Shown here: positions 1-8,170 of the stretch, in pieces
Position numbering within the stretch: the stretch's first letter is position 1
Layout: every line of letters begins with the position of its first letter
Source of the DNA: an uncultured archaeon
Lineage (GTDB): Archaea > Iainarchaeota > Iainarchaeia > Iainarchaeales > CSSED10-239
Assembly: GCA_964591795.1 (NCBI GenBank)
Contig: CAZQEL010000003.1
Span: 1-22,173 of the forward strand
Length of the DNA: 22,173 nucleotides
Direction: 5' to 3'
The notes under the pieces: model-generated
The model's input: only the letters and a program-made list of their open reading frames with translations
Told to the model about the DNA's origin: nothing
The model's database searches: none
Position numbers and translations under genes: made by a program

Positions 1-54
1 ACCTACGACCTATCGGTTAACAGCCGATTGCTCTAACCACTAAGCTACTGAGGC
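1..54 (-). tRNA. tRNA-Asn (anticodon GTT), 3' part cut off by the left window edge
   Basis: The reverse complement of 1-54 reads GCCTCAG-TA-GCTT-AGTGGTTA-GAGC-A-ATCGG-CTGTTAA-CCGAT-AGGTC-GTAGGT. This gives a 7-nt acceptor strand, a D arm, a 5-bp anticodon stem ATCGG/CCGAT around loop CTGTTAA (anticodon GTT), a variable loop and the start of the T arm. The rest lies beyond position 1. Confidence 0.85.
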
Positions 55-73
55 AGAATTTACTAATATAGAT

Positions 74-83
74 ATTATAAAAT
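74..83 (-). promoter_or_regulatory. TATA-like box upstream of tRNA-Asn
   Basis: The minus strand reads ATTTTATAAT, 20-29 nt upstream of the tRNA 5' end at position 54. This is the usual archaeal TATA-to-start spacing. The genome is very AT-rich, so specificity is weak. Confidence 0.3.
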
Positions 84-129
84 TAGTATTAAATAATTAA
101 GAACACAAATATATTTAAACCTATTTCTT

Positions 130-984
130 TCATAATAAAAGAGCTATCATAAAAAGGTTTCTAAGGCCAGTTGTAAACCCAATTATAATTATAAAAAGCT
201 TAAAATAATTATTTAAATATTCATTTTTTATATATTTATCAATTAAAAAAAGTAATAAAACACAAAAACTAATCTTAACTAGTAAAAATAGATAAGGACT
301 GATTGAAATTACTAAATGAGAAACAACATGTTTTTCAATAAATTGAGCTTTAATAAAAACTAATGAAAAAAAGGTAGTAAACCCATCTAATGTTTGCGAA
401 AATAAAGCTAATAAACTCACATTATTTTTAAAAAAATTAGAATTAAATAATTTAAACAAATAATAAACTATTAAAAATAAAATACTTGAAAATAAAATTA
501 TTTTAAAAAACAAAAAAACATTAATTAAATTTATTAAGAATAATAACAACAAAGGAAGCAATAAAATACTACTAATTACTATTAGTGTTTTTTCAAAATT
601 TAAATTATATAGTTTAGACACAAATAACGAACTTTCAAAAGCAATTAAAAATAACAAACCAAGAAATATAAATAAATGAGGATAATAAAAATAAAATCCA
701 AAGGACAACGGATTACTTGAAGGCATTATTAAATTACCTAATGAAGTGTATGTTAATGAAAACATACGTAAAATAGAACCAATTAAAATAAACATACAAA
801 CTGAAAGTATAAAATTAAGATTAATCTTAACCTTTCTAAATATTAGATAAGGATAAACTACAAAAAAATAAACAATAATTCCTAAAATAGAATAAGTTAA
901 AGTATTAATAATATTATAACCATTACTAATAAGATTAAATTTAGACAAAAGTTCAATTGTTTTGTAAATACTTATTAAAGACAT
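130..984 (-). CDS. Polytopic integral membrane protein, possibly DUF63 family
   Basis: 284-aa ORF that is hydrophobic throughout, with about 8 predicted TM segments. The segment TLDGFTTFFSL...IEKHVVSHL resembles the conserved D..T / E.H block I recall for archaeal DUF63 proteins. The family call is tentative. Confidence 0.6.
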   Translation of the reverse strand: MSLISIYKTIELLSKFNLISNGYNIINTLTYSILGIIVYFFVVYPYLIFRKVKINLNFILSVCMFILIGSILRMFSLTYTSLGNLIMPSSNPLSFGFYFYYPHLFIFLGLLFLIAFESSLFVSKLYNLNFEKTLIVISSILLLPLLLLFLINLINVFLFFKIILFSSILFLIVYYLFKLFNSNFFKNNVSLLALFSQTLDGFTTFFSLVFIKAQFIEKHVVSHLVISISPYLFLLVKISFCVLLLFLIDKYIKNEYLNNYFKLFIIIIGFTTGLRNLFMIALLL

Positions 985-1127
985 TTATAATTACTCAAAA
1001 TTATATTTTTTTTTAATTATTATAAATTTATTTAAATTAACTAGATGTTTTTTTTAAAACACTTTAGTTAATAAATATATAATTACACATTTGGGTTTAA
1101 ATTGTTTATTATTCTATAATTATATAT

Positions 1128-2177
1128 ATGATAGAAGTTAAAGCAATAAAAGTATTAAATAAAGAAGCTCAAAAAGTTATTCAAGAAATCAAAGAAAGTA
1201 GTAACTTTAATACAGATTATAAAATAGTTAAAGAAAAGAACTATATTTTAGTGCCAATTAAAAAAATTACAAAAAATATTGAAAATAAAGAAATTATTAT
1301 TATTAAAAATCCAGAAAAACAAAAAGAGATAGGGCTTTCATATAAAGAAATATTATTAAAAAAAGGGATTTTAAATGAAATTATCAATAGTTTGCCTTCT
1401 TCTTACGATATTGTAGGAAATATTATAATAATTAACATAGAAAACAAAGAAACCTGTGATAGATATGGATCAGACATAGGTAAAGCACTACAAACCATCC
1501 ACCCTCACGTAAAAACACTACTAAACAAGTCAAAAGAACACCATGGAGTATTTAGAACCCAAGATTTAGTGTGGATCTATGGTGAAAATAAGAAAGAAAC
1601 AATCATCCAAGAAAACGGGTGTTTTTTAAAAACAGATGTTGAAAAAGTATTTTATTCAACAAGACTTGCAACAGAAAGAAAGAGAATAGCATCATTAGTT
1701 AAAAAAGACGAAATAGTAGGTGTGTTTTTTGCAGGCGTAGGTCCTTTTTCAATAGCCATTGCAAAACTTGCAAAACCAAAGAAAATAATTTCAATTGAAC
1801 TTAACCCAATAGGCGTTAAGTACATGAAAGAAAACATAATTAAAAACAAAATGCAAAACCTAATTATTCCAATTGAAGGAAACGTTAAAGAAGTTTGTAA
1901 AAATTACCCAAATTATTTTGATAGAATTCCTATGCCTCTTCCAAAATCTGCTGAAGATTTTTTAGATGACGCTATTTTTTCAATAAAGAACAATGGAATA
2001 GTACACATATATAATTTTGTTTCAAAAAATGAGCCATTTCTAGAAATTGAAAAAATACTAAAAGAAAAAGAAATTAAAAATAATTGTAAAATTGAAACTA
2101 TTTTTAAAAAAGTAATTAGAAGCTTCTCACAAACAACAGTTCAGATTGTAATGGATTTAAAAATTAAAAAAAATTAA
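1128..2177 (+). CDS. trm5: tRNA (guanine37-N1)-methyltransferase, Trm5/Taw22 (Met-10+ like) family
   Basis: 349-aa ORF. It has the SAM-binding motif VGVFFAGVGPFSIAIAK typical of Trm5 (FAGVGPF) and a downstream IPMPLP block equivalent to the NLP catalytic-loop region. Length and N-terminal D1/D2 region fit archaeal Trm5. Confidence 0.8.
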   Translation: MIEVKAIKVLNKEAQKVIQEIKESSNFNTDYKIVKEKNYILVPIKKITKNIENKEIIIIKNPEKQKEIGLSYKEILLKKGILNEIINSLPSSYDIVGNIIIINIENKETCDRYGSDIGKALQTIHPHVKTLLNKSKEHHGVFRTQDLVWIYGENKKETIIQENGCFLKTDVEKVFYSTRLATERKRIASLVKKDEIVGVFFAGVGPFSIAIAKLAKPKKIISIELNPIGVKYMKENIIKNKMQNLIIPIEGNVKEVCKNYPNYFDRIPMPLPKSAEDFLDDAIFSIKNNGIVHIYNFVSKNEPFLEIEKILKEKEIKNNCKIETIFKKVIRSFSQTTVQIVMDLKIKKN

Positions 2178-4534
2178 AGACCTTTCTTAATTGAAAGATT
2201 CTTTTTCTTTTTAGTTTTTTTAGAAGCTACATTCTTTTTAGTAACTTTTTTTGATTTAATATTAGAAACAATATTTTTTACACTTTTTATTGAATCACTC
2301 TTTCCTTGCAAAGATAGTTCTTGTTTTCTTCTTTTAAGTTCTTCAATTTGTGTTTCAATAACTCTTCTTTCAAGTTCGTTAGCAGTATCCATTACTTTTT
2401 CAGAAGAATAAACTAAATCTTTTTTATTTTCTTTTAAATATTCTTTATTTTTAATCTTTTGAAGCTCAAAAAGGTATTTATCTCTCATTTCTTTATAAGT
2501 AAAAGGACTTATCTTACCTTCAAGCAATTTACTATCCAAATAACCAATTTGTTTGATTAAACCTTCTTTAGAATGATTTCGTTTAAATTTTTCAACTTCA
2601 ACAACAATTGCAACAATCATTAAAAACAAACCAAATACCACAACGTAAAGATAAATATCTTTTTTCTCTTTTGAATAAACATAAACATTTTGAGAAGAAA
2701 TTTGATTTGTATCTTTAGTAGTGTCAACAATTACTAAAGACGCATCAGTTGTATTTGAAATATCAATAACCAGTTCATCTAAATCAGTATTAAGATAATA
2801 ATCAAGAACAACAGATTCAACTTCATATAAATAATTTGAAAAATTAAGTATTGAATTTGAAATACTCATTTGTGATTTTGCTTTTGATTCATTAGTAAAT
2901 TTATTAGCATTAAAAGATTTATAATAGTAAATAGCATGATCAAGGAAAATTTTAGACCAAACGTTATTTTCATTACTCATAGCGCTTTGAGATCTTAATT
3001 TTGAAACCAAATCATCATATTTTATATTAAAATCATTTACAGAAATATTATTTTTAGTATCTTCCTGTGTTTTAATTACTGCAAGAGCACTAGCAGAATC
3101 ATAAAGAGAAGTTACATACCATCCTCTTTCAAAGTTTCTTTTAGAAGCATCAAGACGTCTTTTTAAATCATCATTATTAGTTAAATCAGGAGAAACCAAA
3201 ACTAATTGATTTTCAACAGCAATTATATTTTGTTGAGCCCTTTCCTTAAAATGATTAGATTCAACAAACTTTACTCCTGAATTTGTAACTGACACATCCA
3301 AAAAACTATTTGAAATTTCAGCCCATGCAACAGCATAGGCATAATCTTGAATTTTTGAAAAGTTTGAAATTGGTGTAGTTAATTGTATTTTTTCTAATTT
3401 ATCTCTAGCCCAAGTGATTCTTTGTCTTGCACCAACACACCATTCTAGAGATGAAAGAGCACAGTTTGTAGATCTATTTTCTGTAATTTTTATTTTGTCT
3501 TCAAGACTACTAAGTCTTAAATCAAAAACTATAGATGAATCAGATAAAATTGAAGGATTAGTTATAATTTCATCAACAGTAATAATATTTACGTATGCTA
3601 AAAATGAATTATTAGCAGCAGAATAAAAATAATTATTTTCATTATATTTTTTTGAAATATTTAAAAGTTCTTCAGAATAATTAATTGTAGATAAAAGGTT
3701 TTGCAAAACAGAAGTGTCTTTTATAGTTGAAGTTGTAAGTTCAGCTTTTGCTTTTACAAGCTTTTCTTCAGTAACCTTTATGTAATCTGCAGTAATTTGT
3801 TTTAATGGTGTTACTGCTTCTGAATAGTTTATACTATCATAAATAAAATCATCAATTACTTCTTTCTTATCAATATTAATATCAATTGAATTAATATCAT
3901 CAAAAGCATATTCTAAAATATTTTCTATTTTTGAAACTTCAATAACCTTAAGACCCCAATTTTCATAAGCATAGTCAACTAAATCAATTTGTTCTATTTC
4001 ATCATCTTCATTAATAACCTGCATTCTGTTACCTTGAGGTATGAAAAATAATTTAATTCCAATTTCTCCAGCTTTTTTAGCTTTTTGATAAATTCCTCCA
4101 ACATCACCAATATAACCGTCAACTGTTATTGCACCAGTTATACTTACACTTGGATTAAAAATTTCATCTTTAAACATTGAAATTAATAATAAAGCCATTG
4201 CTCCACCAGCAGAAGGACCATCAATACTATATGCATTTGATTCAATATCAAGTGTAAAATCATATTTTTTATTAATATTATTACCTATTATATTTTCAGT
4301 CACTGCAATTGCATTTTTAAAAGATTCTTGTGTTGCAGAACCAACAATAGATTCATCAATTGAAGAAAATATTTTTCCAGTACCATCAACAACCTTAATA
4401 TTTAAATTTGCTGCTTGAGCACTATCTTCTCCAGATACAGCAAATATTTTCATATCTCCTGCAGGAATAAGTGCAAATAGATTTGGTACTAATAAAGTTA
4501 ATATTAATAAAATATATATAAATTTGTATTTCAT
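2174..4534 (-). CDS. Secreted, membrane-anchored Lon-type (S16) serine protease domain protein without an AAA+ module
   Basis: The ORF track gives 2174..4552. I prefer the ATG at 4534 (Met7) because GTGATTATACT precedes it and the product then starts MKYKFIYILLILTLLVPNLFALIPAG, a Sec-like signal. The Lon proteolytic Ser-Lys dyad motifs are IDGPSAGGAMALLL and GGIYQKAKKAGEIGIKLFFIP. No Walker motifs are present. There is one TM segment (IYLYVVVFGLFLMIVAIVVEV) near residue 640, followed by a SHOCT-like LDSKLLEGKISPFTYKEMRDKY, a coiled coil and a Lys-rich tail. Confidence 0.75.
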   Translation of the reverse strand: MKYKFIYILLILTLLVPNLFALIPAGDMKIFAVSGEDSAQAANLNIKVVDGTGKIFSSIDESIVGSATQESFKNAIAVTENIIGNNINKKYDFTLDIESNAYSIDGPSAGGAMALLLISMFKDEIFNPSVSITGAITVDGYIGDVGGIYQKAKKAGEIGIKLFFIPQGNRMQVINEDDEIEQIDLVDYAYENWGLKVIEVSKIENILEYAFDDINSIDINIDKKEVIDDFIYDSINYSEAVTPLKQITADYIKVTEEKLVKAKAELTTSTIKDTSVLQNLLSTINYSEELLNISKKYNENNYFYSAANNSFLAYVNIITVDEIITNPSILSDSSIVFDLRLSSLEDKIKITENRSTNCALSSLEWCVGARQRITWARDKLEKIQLTTPISNFSKIQDYAYAVAWAEISNSFLDVSVTNSGVKFVESNHFKERAQQNIIAVENQLVLVSPDLTNNDDLKRRLDASKRNFERGWYVTSLYDSASALAVIKTQEDTKNNISVNDFNIKYDDLVSKLRSQSAMSNENNVWSKIFLDHAIYYYKSFNANKFTNESKAKSQMSISNSILNFSNYLYEVESVVLDYYLNTDLDELVIDISNTTDASLVIVDTTKDTNQISSQNVYVYSKEKKDIYLYVVVFGLFLMIVAIVVEVEKFKRNHSKEGLIKQIGYLDSKLLEGKISPFTYKEMRDKYLFELQKIKNKEYLKENKKDLVYSSEKVMDTANELERRVIETQIEELKRRKQELSLQGKSDSIKSVKNIVSNIKSKKVTKKNVASKKTKKKKNLSIKKGL

Positions 4535-4602
4535 AGTATAATCACATCTCATAAACAGGTTTATAATCTATTATAAATATAAGAGTTATATTTATTTAAA
4601 GG

Positions 4603-5067
4603 TTACTTTTTCTTATTTTTAAAAAGAAGATTAAATTTTTTGGTTGTATATAAAATATTTTTTCTTCCTTTTTTTTCAATAGATATTAAATCAAGATCTT
4701 TAAGTATTTTTAAATCCTCATAGGGTCTTTTTCTAGTAATTTTAAATTGCTCAACAGGTGTGTTTAAAGAAATAAATGCTAATGTTTTAAGCTCTGATTT
4801 TGAAAGAGTTGTTCCTGTTGCAAAAATATTAAATGAATGAAATTCAGGTTTAACTATTATTTCAAGTTTACCGTTATCAATTACTACTGCTAAAGAAGTT
4901 TTACGTTTAGTATAATCATCTATTAAATCAGCTATTTGAATATCAATAATATCTTTTAAAATATTTGGAAAAGAAGAATATATTTTCTTTAAAGAAATTG
5001 ATTTAGGGGATAAAAAAAGAATTGCCTCTATTGCTTGTTTTAAATAATCACTACTTGTTTGGTCCAT
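4603..5067 (-). CDS. scpB: Segregation and condensation protein B (ScpB)
   Basis: 154-aa ORF. It has the N-terminal AIEAILFLSPKSISLKKI (ScpB eaiLF.s.epls motif). The second winged-helix block is LSKSELKTLAFISLNTPVEQFKITRKRPYEDLKILKDLDLISIEKKGRKNILYTTKKF. Confidence 0.85.
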   Translation of the reverse strand: MDQTSSDYLKQAIEAILFLSPKSISLKKIYSSFPNILKDIIDIQIADLIDDYTKRKTSLAVVIDNGKLEIIVKPEFHSFNIFATGTTLSKSELKTLAFISLNTPVEQFKITRKRPYEDLKILKDLDLISIEKKGRKNILYTTKKFNLLFKNKKK

Positions 5068-5272
5068 ATTTAATCTCTATCTAACATTAATTGACTATAA
5101 AATCAACAATTACATCTAAAATATAATTTCCAGGAATAATAATTACCATTTCAATAGAAACTTAATTATTTTTATTTTTTATAAAAATTATACCTAATCA
5201 GAGTAAATTATTTTAAAAATATAAATATTTTAAATAGTTTGTTTTATAAATTTATTTTAAAAAAAATACTTA

Positions 5273-7018
5273 TCAGTTACAACTATTAGCATAATTGGAA
5301 ACACTCCCAGTAGTAGATACATTGTTACTATAACTACCCCAACAATAATAAGTTAAAAGATTCCATTCACAACATGAATAACCTCCAGCTTCACAAATAT
5401 CCTCACAATAGGAAATGCTGCAAAAACCATTTAACAAAATTCTATCAGATCCACTACAAAACTGTTCAACAATTAAAGAATTACAAGTAGTTGTTGGTAA
5501 AAATGTTGCTGTAATATCTTGATTAGAATCCATTACAACAGTACAAGTTAAATTTGTATCATAACTTGCACAATCACCACTCCATCCAGAAAAATAATTA
5601 CCAGTTTTTGGTGTTGCAGTTATTAAAAAAGAATTTGGATTTGTATTTATTCCTCTTGGATAATTACCAGTACAATTTGAAGAATACAAAGGACAATTTA
5701 TAGCACCACCTAATCCATAAACATTACCATTCCCAATAACCTTTAAATTAAAAGGATAAGTTATATAATCTGTATCAATTGATGCAGTTTTTGCAGAATC
5801 CATAACTAAAGTACAATTTTTATCTGTAGTTGCAGCAGCACAATCGCCCCCCCAAGTAGTTACATATCCAAACCATGGTTCTGCTCTAGTAAATATAACA
5901 GTAGAGTCTACTGGAAAATTAGCAGTACAAGGTGTAGAAGTACCACAATTAATCCCTTCAGGAGTACTTATAACTAAATTACCACTCCAATTAGCAAGCT
6001 TATTTAAAGTAAATAAATAAGTTGGAACAATAGTTGAAAAATTTGCAGTCAAAGTAGTTGCTTGAGCAGGCATTGTATAAGTGAAATATTCATTTGAACT
6101 TACTGACCCATTTAAATCAGTCCAATTTACAAAACTATAACCTAAATCATAATCTAAAGAAGTTGTAACACTAACACTCACAGATACAGGAGTATCAGAA
6201 GGATAATTACCATCACCAGCTAAAATAGCAGAAACTGAAGTTGGATTTTTAGCTAAAGTTAAATTATAAGTTGGAACAACAGCTGAAAAATTTGCAACAA
6301 CATTTTTATTAGCATTCATATTAACAATACAAGTTCCAATTCCTGAACAAGCTCCACTCCAACCAGTAAAACTACTACCAGCTGAAGTAACTGCAGTTAA
6401 AGTTACTGAAGTTCCAGAATCATAAGTTTGAAAACAATCAGTACCACAATCTATACCAGTTGGAGAACTTGTAACTATTCCTGTACCAGTACCGTTTCTT
6501 GAAACATTTAAAATATATGTTATAGAAGTTGCAACTATAAAATTTGCAGTTAAATTATAATCATTTGAAGGCATATTAAAACTATAATTTGCATTAGAAC
6601 TTACTACTGATCCATTTGAATCAGTCCAATTATAAAAAGTAAAACCTACTCCAGCAATAGCATTAACAGGAACCGAAGAACCAGAAGCATAAAGTCCAGA
6701 AGTAATAACAGTTCCATTACCAGTAATTAATAAAATTAAATTATAATTTGTTGCAGAAACAACAGGATCTTGTGGATAATTATTATCATTATAATTAGTT
6801 AAATCTGTTAAAAAATTATCTAAAGTTGCATCAGTTTTATTATCAATATCAGTTGCTTGATCAGTTTTAGATCCAATAAATCCAAATAAAATTGAAGCTA
6901 AAATAACCGAACCTAAAATAAGTACACTTAAAATGACAATCATTTCAATTGATACTTGAGCTTTTTTATTTTTTAAGTTTTTAAAATTAGTTTTATTTTT
7001 TAAAGATTTTTTAATCAT
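5273..7018 (-). CDS. Archaeal type IV pilin-like surface protein with five InlB-B/Listeria-Bacteroides-type repeats and a Cys-rich C-terminal module
   Basis: 581-aa ORF. The class III signal peptide has a basic leader ending KKAQ followed by VSIEMIVILSVLILGSVILASILFG (KGQ.S.E-type prepilin motif). Five repeats of about 80 aa follow. They alternate a ...F.NWTD.NGS...Y.F.MP...LTANF type with a Cys-containing GTGTGIVTSSPTGIDCGTDC...FTGWSGACSGIGTC...ANF type. There are 9 Cys in the last 70 residues and many N-x-S/T sequons. Confidence 0.85.
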   Translation of the reverse strand: MIKKSLKNKTNFKNLKNKKAQVSIEMIVILSVLILGSVILASILFGFIGSKTDQATDIDNKTDATLDNFLTDLTNYNDNNYPQDPVVSATNYNLILLITGNGTVITSGLYASGSSVPVNAIAGVGFTFYNWTDSNGSVVSSNANYSFNMPSNDYNLTANFIVATSITYILNVSRNGTGTGIVTSSPTGIDCGTDCFQTYDSGTSVTLTAVTSAGSSFTGWSGACSGIGTCIVNMNANKNVVANFSAVVPTYNLTLAKNPTSVSAILAGDGNYPSDTPVSVSVSVTTSLDYDLGYSFVNWTDLNGSVSSNEYFTYTMPAQATTLTANFSTIVPTYLFTLNKLANWSGNLVISTPEGINCGTSTPCTANFPVDSTVIFTRAEPWFGYVTTWGGDCAAATTDKNCTLVMDSAKTASIDTDYITYPFNLKVIGNGNVYGLGGAINCPLYSSNCTGNYPRGINTNPNSFLITATPKTGNYFSGWSGDCASYDTNLTCTVVMDSNQDITATFLPTTTCNSLIVEQFCSGSDRILLNGFCSISYCEDICEAGGYSCCEWNLLTYYCWGSYSNNVSTTGSVSNYANSCN

Positions 7019-7160
7019 AATTAATTATCAATTTATATATTATATATAATTATACATGTATTAAATTTATAAACCTTTTTAAAAATAGTTAAAATTAACT
7101 TAAAGTAATAAAACTATGTTTAAAACAATAAATTAACTATTAAACTTGCTATTTTAAAGT

Positions 7161-7250
7161 TTAAAAACAATCAATACCACAATCTATACCAATTGGATAA
7201 CTTGTAACTGTTCCTATACCAGTATCTACTTTAAATACAGATGATAAATA
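7161..7250 (-). pseudogene. Decayed repeat unit continuing in frame after the stop of the 177-aa pilin-like gene
   Basis: After the TAA at 7251-7253 the same frame reads YLSSVFKVDTGIGTVTSYPIGIDCGIDCF and then TAA (7161-7163). This parallels ...NVSRNGTGTGIVTSSPTGIDCGTDCFQ of the neighbouring genes. Confidence 0.7.
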
Positions 7251-7784
7251 TTAACCTAAAAATGAAAATGTTGCTGTAATATTTTTTGCAGAATCCATTA
7301 CAACAGTACAAATTCCAATTCCTGAACAAGCTCCATTCCAACCAGTAAAACTACTACCAGCTGAAGTAACTGCAGTTAAAGTTACTGAAGTTCCAGAATC
7401 ATAAGTTTGAGAACAATCAGTACCACAATCTATACCAGGTAAAAAACTTGTAACTATTCCTGTACCAGTACCGTTTCTTGAAACACTTAAAGTATATGGA
7501 GTTGAAGTTACATTTGCATCTTGCCCACCAGAACCATCATCATAAGTTGACAAGTTTGTTAAAAAATCAACAACAACAGCTTCAGTTTTATTATCAACAT
7601 CAGTTGCTTGATCAGTTTTTGAACTAAAAAAACCTAATAATACTGATGCCAAAACAATTGTAGCCAAAATAAGCACACTTAAAATAACAATCATTTCAAT
7701 TGAAACTTGAGCTTTTTTAGATTTTACTAAGTTCATTTTATTTTTATTTTTTAAAATATTTTTATAAATAGTTTTTTTAACCAT
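7251..7784 (-). CDS. Archaeal type IV pilin-like protein with a single Cys-containing InlB-B-type repeat (short paralog of 5273..7018)
   Basis: 177-aa ORF. It carries the same class III signal motif, KKAQVSIEMIVILSVLILATIVLASVLLG. It has one repeat, YTLSVSRNGTGTGIVTSFLPGIDCGTDCSQTYDSGTSVTLTAVTSAGSSFTGWNGACSGIGICTVVMDSAKNITATF. ATGATTAACT precedes the ATG at 7784. Confidence 0.85.
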   Translation of the reverse strand: MVKKTIYKNILKNKNKMNLVKSKKAQVSIEMIVILSVLILATIVLASVLLGFFSSKTDQATDVDNKTEAVVVDFLTNLSTYDDGSGGQDANVTSTPYTLSVSRNGTGTGIVTSFLPGIDCGTDCSQTYDSGTSVTLTAVTSAGSSFTGWNGACSGIGICTVVMDSAKNITATFSFLG

Positions 7785-7825
7785 AGTTAATCATAAATAT
7801 TTTTTATACATATAATATGTAGTTA

Positions 7826-7840
7826 CTATAAATATATAAA
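7826..7840 (-). promoter_or_regulatory. TATA-like element upstream of the 177-aa pilin-like gene (inside repeat copy 1)
   Basis: The minus strand reads TTTATATATTTATAG, 42-56 nt upstream of the ATG at 7784. The identical sequence recurs at 9159-9173 in repeat copy 2. Confidence 0.3.
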
Positions 7841-7868
7841 TCTTTGTTAAAACTGCTAAAATTAAAAA

Positions 7869-8150
7869 CTAAATTAACTTAATAAAAATTTCAAAAAAGA
7901 AATCATCTTACAAAACATTTATTTTTTGATCCTATGATAAAAATAGAAGTGGTATAAACAAATTGTTTACAACATCAAAATTAGTGAAATTTTTAAAAAA
8001 TAAATTTTTAAAGATCAAACAACCATTATTATCAGCAATTTCTTTAATTAAAGAATACAAAGTATTTATTTTAACCTTAATGTCTTTATTAATTCTTGGA
8101 ACAATAAACTCAATTTTAATTTTTTCCTTTATTATTCTTTCAAAATTTTT
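7869..8150 (-). pseudogene. Relic of the scpA 3' end (last ~94 codons) with two in-frame stops
   Basis: The minus-strand translation parallels the ScpA C-terminus (...VPRIN...INTLYS.IKE.ADN.GCL.FKNLF.K.FTNFDVVNNLFIPLLFLS). TAG at 7932-7934 replaces CAG and TAA at 7908-7910 replaces CAA. The N-terminal two-thirds of the gene are absent. Confidence 0.8.
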
Positions 8151-8170
8151 AAGTGCTAAAATATATGAAA

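Larger units (their letters stand above)
7811..8150. repeat. Direct repeat copy 1 (pairs with 9144..9483)
   Basis: It aligns to 9144-9483 at a constant offset of 1333 nt with no indels. I count 32 mismatches in 340 nt by hand. Confidence 0.9.

Noticed and set aside
4535-4552. A six-codon N-terminal extension (MRCDYT) of the Lon-like protein appears in the ORF track.
   Set aside because: The downstream ATG at 4534 has a GTGATTATACT leader matching other starts and yields a clean signal peptide. The extension has no SD.
7251-7253. The TAA ending the 177-aa pilin-like gene might be subject to programmed stop-codon readthrough, given the in-frame repeat-like continuation.
   Set aside because: The continuation runs only 29 codons and stops in the middle of a repeat unit. 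It is more diverged than the intact repeats. A nonsense mutation plus deletion is the simpler explanation.
7869-8150. TAG and TAA might be read as Gln (alternative genetic code), because both stops in the scpA relic replace Gln codons (CAG to TAG, CAA to TAA).
   Set aside because: All well-supported genes in the window end at ordinary TAA/TAG/TGA stops with family-typical lengths. The relic lacks the N-terminal two-thirds of ScpA, and C-to-T transitions in a decaying AT-rich pseudogene explain the pattern.
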